A stretch of 64,000 nt of DNA, taken from contig OZ024743.1 of assembly GCA_964016885.1 (NCBI GenBank), forward strand, positions 11,408,001-11,472,000, in the 5' to 3' direction. The position numbers and the translations under genes are program-made. The notes under the pieces are model-generated. The model had not been told where the DNA came from and made no database searches. It worked only from the letters and a program-made list of their open reading frames with translations. Below are positions 25,432 to 38,140 of the stretch, piece after piece; the stretch's first letter is position 1, and each line of letters starts with the position of its first letter. Source of the DNA: Eledone cirrhosa. Taxonomy: Eukaryota.

Positions 25432-26626
25432 ACTCTTATTATTCTCTTTTTAATTACCCTTTCTGACTTACTTTCATTCTTATCCTTGTCAATAATTTCA
25501 TTTATTTTCACTTTTATTTATTTTTACTTCACCCACCCCCCCTTTATTCTCCGATCCACTTCCTATTTTCTATTTTTTACTTCCCCTTCTTTTACTTCCC
25601 TTTTCCTCCACTAACTGATTATACTTGTCTTTTGTGTTTTTCAATCCAGATATATTTTTCATTTTTATTTTTATTTTATTTTTGCGCAGCCTATCTTACA
25701 ATTTTATACTTGTACTTATTTATACACATTTCAATATGGCTGAACGCCTTAATGTGTGTATACTTTTTATATATGTACATGAGTGACTACGTATGTGCGC
25801 GCGCGTGCGTGTATGTATGTGTATATATATATATATATATATGTGCGCGTATGTATGTGTGTGTGTATAGGTGTTTGTGTGTGTGTGTATGTATATATTA
25901 TGCGTATGTGTAGTTGTCTTTATATCCGTGTTTTTGACTTTTCGTTTTTATGTTTTTGTTCCTTTTTTCTTCTCCCCCCCCCTCCCTCTTTTGTTACTTA
26001 CTCAGTTTCATACGTGGGCATGCAAATAGGTTTATATGCGCTAGTATAAGTATGTGTGTGTGTGTGTGTATGTACGTATCGAACGTATGGAAGTGTAATT
26101 GCGCGTGTGTATATAAGCATAATTATTTTTACATTTCTTTTGTGAGACACGCGTGTCTGTGTATGTATGTACCCCCCCCCCCCTTTTTTTTTTGTTTTCT
26201 TGAATTTTTTCTTTCTAATTTATCGTTACTATATTTTTATAAATATAGTTAAGACCGATACTTTTCTTTTAAATATTATACACTCTTTACCTCCTTTCTT
26301 TCCGCATCTAAGTGTACGAGTGTCCAGGCGTTTTTATGCGCGCGACTTTATATTCTTATATTTACGATGTAACCATTTCTGTCTGTATAATACAGACATA
26401 TAGATACACTTGCCCTAAATTTTTATAATTACGCACACTTTCTAACTATACATTTACATGTGCACATATACATATATGCACATCTGTGAGCGTATATACA
26501 TACACATACACACACCTAACTATTTTTCTTGATAGATTTTTATATATTTCAATTTCTATTTCATTTATCTATATATTTTTTTGATTTTCTTGATGTGTTT
26601 TTCTAAGTATTTGCCCATGTTTTATT

Positions 26627-26702
26627 TTGCCTCGTCTGACGAACGAATGAAGTCGTTTATTTCGTATTCGCCTCATTCGGGAAACCTCTGGTAATGAGGT
26701 AA
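26627..26702 (+). ncRNA. Type I hammerhead ribozyme (Penelope-associated)
   Basis: Stem I TTGCCTCGT/ATGAGGTAA; core CTGACGA(26636), GAAAC(26681), GTA cleavage triplet (26691-26693); stem II CGAATGA/TCATTCG; short stem III. Confidence 0.8.
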
Positions 26703-26988
26703 TAATATTGTATTGATTTTATACATTATATATATATATATATATAGTAAAATGACGGAGTAAAGGGCTCGCGTATAATCCTGTAATCAAATGAGCTCAA
26801 AGGAAAGAGTTTCCCTGGGCACTTTAAAATACAATATATAGAAGGGAAAAAACACAGGAGAGTGTGTTCTTTCATTTACAGGATGTTAAACCACCAGCGT
26901 GAAGGGAATATAAGCTAAGAGACGTATAGGAAAAACATTATAATTAAAAGTATAAATTAAAATGAGAAACCAACCTCATAACTAAGTC

Positions 26989-27067
26989 ACACATGTACAA
27001 ACTCACTGGGAGATTGTTTCGCCATATAGTGGGTTCCAATTCGGCTTAGTGGGTCATCAGCATGTGT
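26989..27067 (-). ncRNA. Type I hammerhead ribozyme
   Basis: Minus strand: ACACATG-CTGATGA-c cca..tgg c-GAAAC-aatctc ccagt gagttt-GTA-CATGTGT; perfect 7-bp stem I; C.C mismatch at the base of stem II. Confidence 0.7.
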
Positions 27068-27121
27068 AAAGACCGATATTGTCCGCACTACTAAAGAGAG
27101 AGCTATAGTAAACAACCATGC

Positions 27122-27402
27122 TCTATCAGACATCTGCGTACAGCATGTGAACGAGCTAAACGAACCCTATCAAGCAATACAGAAGCTTCAGTAGAACTGG
27201 ATTCTCTCTATGAAGGCATTGATTTTTACTCGAAGATTACAATAACAGTCTAGCAGAAACAGATGAATTTACCTACAAACTGCAGGAAGCACAGAAATTC
27301 TGCTCTCCAATAATGTCGAAACTACACACATCATCTAATTCTAACAAAAATAATTCTACATCACAACCAACCAGTGGACCAACCATAGAAGAAATGGATT
27401 AA
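27122..27402 (+). pseudogene. hsp70: hsp70 remnant (5'-truncated, 847-bp internal deletion), ends GPTIEEMD*
   Basis: Matches 38919-39037 joined to 39885-40046 at an AC microhomology; the 3' flank is shared with the full gene. Confidence 0.92.
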
Positions 27403-27759
27403 GACATTTATTCGCTCATATACTTTTTCTAAAATACTGTAATATATCTGTAACTGTATAGTGTACTGTTCTCACATCTCACACAATATCACATTACATG
27501 ATTCTTGAAGATATTCTGGTTAATATCTTTTCAACAACGTCGTGTACTCTCATTATTTATTTTATATATAATATATTGTAAACAACTTCGAAACCTCATA
27601 TTATTTTTATATTTATTATAAACAATAAATTATATTTTCTTTTCCAACACTTTCGATGTTATCTTATTTTTGCTTATTCTTTGTTACATCTAAATGTTGC
27701 TATTGTTATGTCATGCCCGGCCGCTTCCTTTTCGTACTGGTCCCCGTCGACCTCTCATG

Positions 27760-29160
27760 TGTCCTTAAATCTACATTTAAAGAATCTGAAAGCAAAAGGT
27801 TCGGCAACGTTATATGTCTTGATCACCAGAACCGTGAGGTGTCCCAAATAGCAAAGCATTGTTCTAGTGTGAACAAGGATGTTGAGTGAAAATATGTCTG
27901 TGATAACTCCAGTGCAGTTAGGATCACTGTTGCTCCGAAGAAAATGCTGGGACCTGGCATTATAAGAGGTTGATGAATCTGGAGAATAGGTGGAAACAAG
28001 AGACATCATCCGCAGTTGACTAAATAGAGACCAACTGTCTATATTGACAGTTACAGGACCAAAGAAGCAATCAGAGAAAACATGTAAAAGCAGCTGGAGT
28101 GTTAGATATATTTTCTTAGATGCTAAAATCTTCTGTTGAAGTTGGAGAAGAGTATTCTTACCAATAATCAATTAGGTAATACATGTGTTGTCATACCCAA
28201 CAGCTGGTGTAACAGCATAATCTATAATTGCTACAGGGGAAAATGTGATGCTCTAGAAATGAGTAACTATAGAGGCCTAAACCTGGTGAGCAAAGTAATG
28301 GAAGTGATGGAGTGATAGCCTAACAAATTAGAGAGAGAGAGAGAGAGAGAGAGAGCGGGGGGGGGGGGGGTGAGAGAGAGAGAGAGAGAGTATCAAATTT
28401 GATGAGATACAGTTTGGTTTTATACCAAGAAGGAGCACAACAGATATTTCCGAACTTGTGAGAGAATTACCGGAATAACACATAGTGATGTTAACGTATC
28501 TATAACTTGCTTTGTTGATGGTAGCTGTTTATCATTTTTTGATATCTGCCTTTTATTATAGTCCTCAATACCATAACAGGTCAGTTTATGGCCGGGTCAC
28601 ATATAAAAATCTTTAAGCTGGTGACCCACTTCTTATTGATGAATCTATGAAAGAGCTACAGAAAAGTCCCTATAGTAGAAACTGAACTTAGAGTCAGAGT
28701 AAACAAAGCAACAATTCAATGCTGCAGTTAGTAAGAAAGAAGACATGGCTCCGGAGCCATTAGGGAACTGGCTATGTTTTATATGTAGAACATATGTAGA
28801 TGTGAACTCTAACGAATGTACATAATGTAAAACATTGGTAGATAAGGGATGCAGTAGGGTTCTGGGCAGACAAACAGAAAATGTAGAGGATTTACATGAA
28901 TAATTATTTGTAAGAGACTGGGTGTAATAAACTTTCTTTAAACCATGTATGGACATATGAAGCGTATAGATGTAGATTGTGTGTGGAAAAGTGTCGGGTG
29001 TTCGAAGTAAAAGGAAGAAGTAGTAGACGGTCAAGGAAGACTGGACAGAAGATTTAGAGAGGTCTCAAAACGCAGAACGTGACAGAGGAGATGACGTGGG
29101 AATGTATTAGGTGAGAGGAAGTTGTATGGGAAAGGCATATCCCATCCTGGCAAGATTAGA
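27760..29160 (+). mobile_element. Old RTE-clade LINE remnant (also in copies B and C)
   Basis: YRGKCDALEMSNYRGL.L..KVME; FDEIQFGFIPRRSTTDI. Confidence 0.6.
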
Positions 29161-29769
29161 GAATAGGACATAAATATATGATGATGATGATGGTGATGAT
29201 GATGATGATGGTGTGTGTATGTGTGTTCGTGTATATCATATGTAGTAACAAATTATATCGACCCTGTATATAAATATGAGCGAGAAGAAACATCTCTCCG
29301 CGAGGAAATTACTGGGTATATATTTCTCTGGCACTGTATATCATCAGATACTCCATTATCACCCCGGTCATCAGAAATAGACTAAAATAGTATTTGAGAT
29401 ACTAAAAAGGGTACATTTTAAAGAATTTGACGCTATTCTTCAAAATTTGCTTCAAATTCTACTTTAGTTTTTCGTGTTTTCTATGTCTTCGTTGTTGTCA
29501 ACCTCCAAGATGACAAATTTTCCATCAATAACAAACGTTTTATTTTCTTCCCATCATATTTTATCCAGTAAAACATGTGTAATTCCTTCATTTAAAAAAT
29601 GTTATGATATTAGGGTGATTTGACTGCTATGTCTAGCGAGTCTGCACAGGTTCACATCTTGACATAATTATGATTTTATCGGCTGAAAAGGGGAATCATT
29701 TTGTTTATGAAAGTATATGAAACTGAGCTACGAATGTGTTAGGAAACTATGAAGTGATATAAAGGTGTC

Positions 29770-30520
29770 ACCTTCGTCAGCGAGCGCGAAATTTTCAGTG
29801 AATGGGTTGATGTTCAGCCTGTAGAACCACCTGTGGCTTCCTCAGTTTAGAAGTGCTCCACATTAGCATTGCACTGAGAATGGGAAATGATGTTTGTGGA
29901 TTACTGAAATGTCACTTTGGTTGGCCTCTCGACTCCACAGCTGTCCATGATTTGTTTGAATGCTGTTCATTTCTCTGGCCATACCGTACTAAACGTAATT
30001 ATTAAGCGGACCTTGACTCGGGTAAATATTCTCCTTCAATTCTGTAGCCGGCTGGATTGTCCAGAGTTGATTGAAAGACATCAGACGGTTTTACTCTGGG
30101 TAAGAGGTAGATATGTTGCAATAGCTTGATACTTTCCTCAATAAAGTTTCTTTCACACTATCAAGCGGTTACCATGAAGCCGACTTTGATGGTCTGTTAG
30201 AAACATTTTTTCACGCTCAGGGTTGCTGAAGCATGGAACAAACTACCTGCATCAGTTGTTAGCTGTCGAGACACTGCATCCTTCAAGGCCTCCATGCTTC
30301 CCGAGATCCGCCAACACTACAGCTAACACATACACACATGTACTTCCCTAACATTTGTGTATTATTCTATGTACTATATTGACGAGTTGTAGTGCACCTG
30401 AGCACTTTACACAATAATTTCATTATTATTATAAGTTACCATTGTGATTCGGCGTTCGAGTAACCAATATGTCTGAGATTTTGACATATCAAACGGCCAT
30501 CTCTTTATTCTCGAGTCCTG
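29770..30520 (+). mobile_element. Degenerate CRE-like RLE retroelement fragment (also at ~34820-35340 and ~42430-42950)
   Basis: LDSTA.H..CLNAVH..HTVLNVIIKRTL..GLSR.D..DG.TL aligns with 16125-16442. Confidence 0.55.
30195..30430 (+). mobile_element. 5'-truncated CR1-like LINE 3' end, private to copy A
   Basis: FFTLRVAEAWNKLPASVV..ASFK plus (ATT)n tail; absent from copies B and C. Confidence 0.7.
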
Positions 30521-30603
30521 GACACAAAGGGAAGCAACACTCATAAATTATCTGCTCCCACGATCCTAATCAAAACAAGGGAGACAACCGCTACATAAGG
30601 TTA

Positions 30604-32744
30604 TGTAGCGGTTGTCTCCCTTGTTTTGATTAGGATCTAGACGGGAAGTGGAACCTTTTCTGCAACTTCCGGTCAGAGCCCTATAAAACTAACAACTTTA
30701 AGCTTCCTTTCTCTCATTGCCTTTTCGGCACCAGGTCAAGAGCCTCTCATTCGGCTCTGCCATTAATTTGGCCAACAGGCGCCTGGCCTTAGCCAGGCGT
30801 CCTCTGCCAGCCGCGTTTGCCTGGCAATCAAAACGGTAACTACTAACTTTGCTTCATTCTAACATCATCCTCATCTTTGACATGTCAACTATACTATCTA
30901 CCATTGTTAATTAAATATTATACACACAAACCATGTCTCGTTTTGTTACATTCATACAACCCAGAATCTTCTTTATATTGGTAACCCTGACGTGATACGA
31001 ACACGCAGCCGTTCATCGCTATAAGTGGTCACCCCCCCCAAAAATAAAAAAATAGCACATCTGGTTTTGTGAGTAACATTACGAATACACAGCAAATTTA
31101 GCGACAAACTATGAAAATACTCAGTAAAAGAAACACACGCACATGTGGAATTCGCACAGACAGACTTTTTCTCTCACGCATCAACTAACTGTTGCATTTC
31201 ACCAATATATATATATATATATGTTTCTCGTTTCTTACAACGAACACTTTCAAAAAAAAAAAAAAAAAAAACATTTCACGATATATATACATGTTTCTCG
31301 TTTCTTACAACGAACTCTTTCAAAAAAAAAAAAAAAGAAATTCGATATTCTTTAAAAAAAACATTTCAACAGGAACATTTATTTTCGATGAACCATTGCC
31401 TTTTTGTTCATCGTTTTCTTCATCGTTCAAGTTTTTTTTTTTTTTTTTTTTTTTTCCCAAAGTTCACACCAATAATTATGCTGAGTGAAGCCTTTCTTTT
31501 TCATCATTGTCACTTTCAAAATTGCACTATCATTTTCTCGCGCGTTAGAAATATTATTTTTTTCAACCTTGTATTGGCACGTGTAGGCAGCACAAATTCT
31601 CGATTCACAGAGATGTCTCTACTCACAGACAGCCACACGCCAGAGATAACATTTCTCACCAGGCATTCTTCAGCCTTAAGCTATATTCTTCTATTTGCCG
31701 GTTTATAAATTTACAATGTAAATTTACCGTTGATAACCGCGCATTTATTAAGAATGCTTATTTCTCTGGTCGCTGGCCTCTTGACCCTTCCAGGTCAACG
31801 CATTCTCAACATCGACCATCAACTTCGGCTGCTATTTCTAGCACTTTGCGCAACTCATTTTTTCTAAAAAAAATTTTTTTACTGTGAATTTAAACACCGA
31901 ATACGCTCACTCAGCGAGACAACAGCAGCAGCAACAGCAATATAACAGCAACACCAATACATCAATACAGCTTCACCAAAGCCAGAGAATTCATTTTTGC
32001 AGCACTCTTCCTGTGAGAAAATCCATTCGGAGGTTGGAAATTTCACGATATACCACAGAACAGAAACCACCTGCATTCATTCTCTGGAACACACTTTCTT
32101 TCCTGCTGTCATGTGATTGCACACCTGTGAACTATATTTTGAACTTTGAGCTCTTCTATTACTTTTACTTTATTACATTGTATCTTTGGGTGATGGATAG
32201 ATGGATGTCCAGTCGTTCTCTGGCCAAGAGCGGTTGGCTACCTTGATATCTATCATTGATTTTTCCAAACATTCTTTTGTCGTAATTTTCATGCCTGTTA
32301 CAACATTCTCGCCAACTTGCTACATATTTTCATTTCGATTTTTATACACTAAAATTCTGGCGGGAGGTTATGTAGCGGTTGTCTCCCTTGTTTTGATTAG
32401 GATCTAGACGGGAGGTGGAACCCTTTCTGCAACTTCCGGTCAGAGCCCTATAAAACTAACAACTTTAAGCTTCCTTTCGCTCTTTGCCTTTTCGGCACCA
32501 GGCCAAGAGCCTCTCATTTGGCTCTGCCATTAATTTGACCAACAGGCGCCTGGCCTTAGCCAGGCGTCCTCTGCCAGCCGCGTTTGCCTGGCAATCAAAA
32601 CGGTAACTACTAACTTTGCTTCATTCTAACATCATCCTCATCTTTGACATGTCAACTATACTATCTACCATTGTTAATTAAATATTATACACACAAACCA
32701 TGTCTCGTTTTGTTACATTCATACAACCCAGAATCTTCTTTATA
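30604..32744 (+). mobile_element. Non-autonomous LTR retrotransposon (374-bp LTRs at 30604-30977 and 32371-32744; Gypsy-like)
   Basis: Direct repeats beginning TGT; PBS TGGTAACCCTGACGTGAT (30979-30996) near-complementary to tRNA-Trp 3' end; purine tract GGCGGGAGG before the 3' LTR; no long internal ORF. Confidence 0.85.
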
Positions 32745-32802
32745 AGTTCATACTGACTAGCTAATATGTAGTAGTCAACTGTCTCACACACCTACCACTT
32801 TG

Positions 32803-32864
<62 letters not shown>

Positions 32865-33109
32865 CCCCTCTCGCTCTCCTTCACTCTCACTCTTTAGATC
32901 TACTTCTCTCTCAGCCAGGTCAGCGAAATTTATCCCATCAAGAGAAATTTGGTAAATGCATCTTTAATAGAGTCTTTGCAAGTAAACATGTATATACGTC
33001 ACACCTGATACAATACAGTGTTCTTTGTGTATTGTCATAACTTCGATGAAAGTTATCTATATATATATGTAAAACTGAGGGTGTCTCTGTATGTGTGAGT
33101 GTGTGTGTA

Positions 33110-33153
<44 letters not shown>

Positions 33154-33224
33154 TGTGTGTCTCTGTATGTGTGTGTGTGTGTGAGTTTGATCCCTAAAAC
33201 TCGAGAAGTAACCAAGGGAATTTT

Positions 33225-33404
33225 TGTCATACCCAACAGCTGGTGTAACAGCATAATCTATAATTGCTACAGGGGAAAATGTGATGCTCTAGAAATGAGT
33301 AACTATAGAGGCCTAAACCTGGTGAGCAAAGTAATGGAAGTGATGGAGTGATAGCCTAACTATTTAGAGAGAGAAAGAAAGAAAGAGAGAGATTGTGTGT
33401 GAGA

Positions 33405-33484
<80 letters not shown>

Positions 33485-35469
33485 AAATTTGATGAGATGC
33501 AATTTGGTTTTATACCAAGAAGGAGCACAACAGATATTTCCGAACTTGTGAGAGAATTACCGGAATAACACATAGTGATGTTAACGTATCTATAACTTGC
33601 TTTGTTGATGGTAGCTGTTTATCATTTTTTGATATCTGCCTTTTATTATAGTCCTCAATACCATAACAGGTCAGTTTATGGCCGGGTCACATATAAAAAT
33701 CTTTAAGCTGGTGACCCACTTCTTATTGATGAATCTATGAAAGAGCTACAGAAAAGTCCCTATAGTAGAAACTGAACTTAGAGTCAGAGTAAACAAAGCA
33801 ACAATTCAATGCTGCAGTTAGTAAGAAAGAAGACATGGCTCCGGAGCCATTAGGGAACTGGCTATGTTTTATATGTAGAACATATGTAGATGTGAACTCT
33901 AACGAATGTACATAATGTAAAACATTGGTAGATAAGGGATGCAGTAGGGTTCTGGGCAGACAAACAGAAAATGTAGAGGATTTACATGAATAATTATTTG
34001 TAAGAGACTGGGTGTAATAAACTTTCTTTAAACCATGTATGGACATATGAAGCGTATAGATGTAGATTGTGTGTGGAAAAGTGTCGGGTGTTCGAAGTAA
34101 AAGGAAGAAGTAGTAGACGGTCAAGGAAGACTGGACAGAAGATTTAGAGAGGTCTCAAAACGCAGAACGTGACAGAGGAGATGACGTGGGAATGTATTAG
34201 GTGAGAGGAAGTTGTATGGGAAAGGCATATCCCATCCTGGCAAGATTAGAGAATAGGACATAAATATATGATGATGATGATGGTGATGATGATGATGATG
34301 GTGTGTGTATCTGTGTGCGTGTATATCATATGTAGTAACAAAATATATCGGCCCTGTATATAAACATAAGCGAGAAGAAACACATCTCTCCGCGAGGAAA
34401 TTACTTGGTATATTTCTCTGGCACTGTACATCAGACACTCCATTATCACCCCGGTCATCAGAAATAGACTAAAATAGTACATTTTAAAAAATTTGATGCT
34501 TATCTTCAAAATTTGCGCCTAATAAAAATTCTACTTTAGTTTTTCGTGTTTTTTATGTCTTCGGTGTTGTCAACCTCCAAAATGACAAAGTTTCCATCAA
34601 TAACAAACCATCATATTTTATCCAGTAAAACATGTGTTGTGCAATTCCTTCATTTAAAAAAATGTTATGATATTAGGGAGATTTGACTGCTATGTCTAGC
34701 GAGTCTGCACAGGTTCACATCTTGACATAATTATGATTTTATCGGCTGAAAAGGGAAATCATTTTGTTTATGAAACTGAGCTACGAATGTGTTAGGAAAC
34801 TATGAAGTGATATAAAGGTGTCACCTTCGTCAGCGAGCGCGAAATTTTCAGTGAATGGGTTGATGTTCAGCCTGTAGAACAACCTGTGGCTTCCTCAGTT
34901 TAGAAGTGCTCCACATTAGCATTGCACTGAGAATGGGAAATGATGTTTGTGGATTACTAAAATGTCACTTTGGTTGGCCTCTTGACTCCACAGCTGTCCA
35001 TGATTTGTTTGAATGCTGTTCATTTCTCTGGCCATACCGTACTAAACGTAATTATTAAGCGGACCTTGACTCGGGTAAATATTCCTTCAATTCTGTAGCC
35101 GGCTGGATTGTCCAGAGTTGATTGAAAGACATCAGACGGTTTTACTCTGGGTAAGAGGTAGATATGTTGCAATAGCTTGATACTTTCCTCAATAAAGTTT
35201 CTTTCACACTATCAAGCGGTTACCATGAAGCCGACCTTGATGGTCTCATAGATAAGTTACCATTGTGATTCGGCGTTCGAGTCACCAATATGTCTGAGAT
35301 TTTGACATATCAAACGGCCATCTCTTTATTCTCGAGTCCCGAACACAAAGGGAAGCAAGACTCATAAATTATCTGCTCCCACATTAAATTTAGCAATTGT
35401 AGAGTTCATACTGACTAGCTAATATGTAATGGTCAACTGTCTCACACACCGACCACTTTGGGTCTATCT

Positions 35470-35547
<78 letters not shown>

Positions 35548-35756
35548 CACTCTCCCTCTTTAGTCTACTTCTCTCTCAGCCAGGTCAACGAAATTTATCC
35601 CATCAAGAGAAATTTGGTAAATGCATCTTAAATAGAGTCTTTGCAAGTAAACATGTATATACGTCACACCTGATACAATACAGTGTTCTTTGTGTATTGT
35701 CATAACTTCGATGAAAGTTATCTATATATATATGTAAAACTGAGGGTGTCTCTGTA

Positions 35757-35806
<50 letters not shown>

Positions 35807-35870
35807 TGTATGTGTGTGTGTCTATGAGTTTGATGCCTAAAACTCGAGAAGTAACCAAGGGAATTTTTTT
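33225..35870 (+). repeat. Segmental duplication copy B of the hsp70-downstream block
   Basis: Nearly identical to 40827-43410. Confidence 0.92.
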
Positions 35871-37765
35871 CAGACTTTACATGTGTATTACTTATGTTTC
35901 AGGGAGTGTTATGCACATAAATTTAACCTTTTGATTCCCTACGGCCCGCATCAGGTGAAATACTGCGTTTTTTTTTCAGCATTTTAGGGTTGTTTTGAGG
36001 CGTTACGTCTGACCGATTTTTCCGAAATATCAAGGCATATTATGCACATAAAAAAAATTCATTTTCTTGATCCCTTAGGGCCCGTATTAGGTGAAAACCT
36101 GCATTTTCCCTTCTTCATCGAGGAAAATCTTAAAGGTTATCCAGCCATCAGAGTATTCGGTTTATTTTCTTTACATATTGTCCAGACATGCAGTTTTTCC
36201 ACGATTAGGTCTGTTGGCGGCCCGCGTTCCAAAATACCTTATCCCGTGCAACGTCGGGTACCACTGCTAGTATTTAATAAATTAGTAACATAGAGGCTTT
36301 GTGTTATTGTGGTTTATATATTTCATTTTCTATGTGATCAAGGTAAATCACTTACCCAGGGAACCATCACAAGACCATCATCATCATAATCAGCACTGTT
36401 ATACACTTACTGGTACACCCGCTATCTCTGTTCACACTATATCAGGCACATCAAACTTCTTTTGCCTACACTCTACACAACAGTGACCACATCACTGAGC
36501 ACTCCACAAGTGAGTACAGACACAACAACCGAATCAACACCACAACACCACCAACCATCATAGCACCATACTTGCTATAATTGGTAATGAGGGCCGCCAC
36601 AGTCATTGATTCTTTCGCTCCTTCCTACATTCTGGGTGCTACATTAAATGTGAGGGCCACTGTTTCCCTAGCCGAACGGAATAAAAGACTAAAATACTGG
36701 CAATTATCGATATTATTTCCAGGTTGTGGCGTTGGAGACGTTTGGGGGTAACTGAACCGCTGGCAACAGAGCTCGTGTCATAGTTTACGGCTAGCTTTAC
36801 CATGGAATCAGGTGTCGTCCACCGGGCTGCTCCCTTATTCCACCACCTTAACCCCGCTCCCACACGCAGTAAAGCTGCTAGTGTGTTGGCTTGCCTCAAA
36901 TGGTATACGAGGGATGATCTGGTACCCATTATTGTGTGAGATCGATTTCCACACTTAGTGTTGATTTAATATTTTCTTTCGTTTTGAGTCCATATTTTCA
37001 TGTGAAATATTTAATTAAGTAATAGTGACATACCTGTAGCGAGGAAAATTTTTTCACGGTTGATTTTCCGAAAACTGCGGCCACCTGGGCATTGACCTAT
37101 GACCTGCGTGATATCACTTTCGTCTATGAAAGAATCTCGACGTCCAATTAAACATTTCTAAGTAACGAACCATCGTTAAAAAGATTAGCTGGGAATTCGG
37201 CTTGTCCAGTCTGCAAAGTTTCGCCTCTTTTCTCTGCAGGAAAAATTCGCTTATTACGAGATTTCACCATGAAACATTTTGTTTTGACAAATCCTTGCAT
37301 ATTTAAAAAATATATACATTTTTTCCCGCCAACGATGTAGAAGTAACCGTTCCACGTACACAGAGATAGATTTAATAACTCTATCCTATTGTACATTATC
37401 AATTGTATTTTTTGTGAAGTAAAGCTATTAATTAAATAAGTATTTTGATACCTGTCGTGTTTACATTTTCTCCGAACTTACCACAACAAATGGACTTCGC
37501 TTCATATATATGTAACGGGGAATATTGACAGCTATGTCATTTGTATTTTTATTTCAATCTATCTATATTGTCAACATACTTGTTAGAGAAAAAAACTTTG
37601 CTATTATGTGATGTTATGTACATCGTTTATTTTGATATAATTTCACGAGCTACATTATCATAGTTTTAGGACAATGTTTTCACTGAACAGGTTATATTTA
37701 CTTAAATCTTCATATTTTCGAGCAACTATTCTATCGAAATTGATATTTTCAGCTGAAAGAAGTAA

Positions 37766-37897
37766 TGGAACTATGTAGAGGTATCTAGAAAATTCGAGAA
37801 ACATGTAGATCATTACAGAATGTTGCAGAAATGGCTGGAAAATACTAGCGATGACGTCAAACTAGGAGGAAGAGGAGGTAACTCTCCAGTATAAATA
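37766..37897 (+). promoter_or_regulatory. hsp70 promoter: heat-shock element array, CRE/ATF site, TATA box
   Basis: Perfect GAAnnTTCnnGAA at 37788-37800 inside a 10-bp-phased GAA series; TGACGTCA at 37852-37859; TATAAATA at 37890-37897. Confidence 0.85.
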
Positions 37898-38140
37898 TTT
37901 GAATCGCTTAGCTTGTCACTCAATATCTACACTAACAACTGCTGTAAACAACACGAGAAAGGAATCTTACTCGCGAAATATTTCTTCAACTTATACATTC
38001 TACGAAGCAAAAGTTATCTACATATCTTCGAGTTATATAACAGAAATACAAACTAACAACAAGAAAAGATAATCAAGAAGAAAGAAGTCGAACAAGCTAT
38101 TTATTTACATATTTGAAGAAGAGTACATAAATTAAGAACA

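Larger units (their letters stand above)
27241..33224 (+). repeat. Segmental duplication copy A (hsp70 3' end plus downstream block, with two private insertions)
   Basis: Colinear with 39885-43410; the identical short ORF translation appears at 28645, 33735 and 41343. Confidence 0.92.

Noticed and set aside
28645-29034. 129-aa ORF identical in three places (28645, 33735, 41343)
   Set aside because: Identity reflects the recent segmental duplication; it is antisense to an RTE remnant.
36639-36929. 96-aa minus-strand ORF in a GC-richer patch upstream of hsp70
   Set aside because: No recognisable motif or splice context; cannot be supported from the sequence alone.
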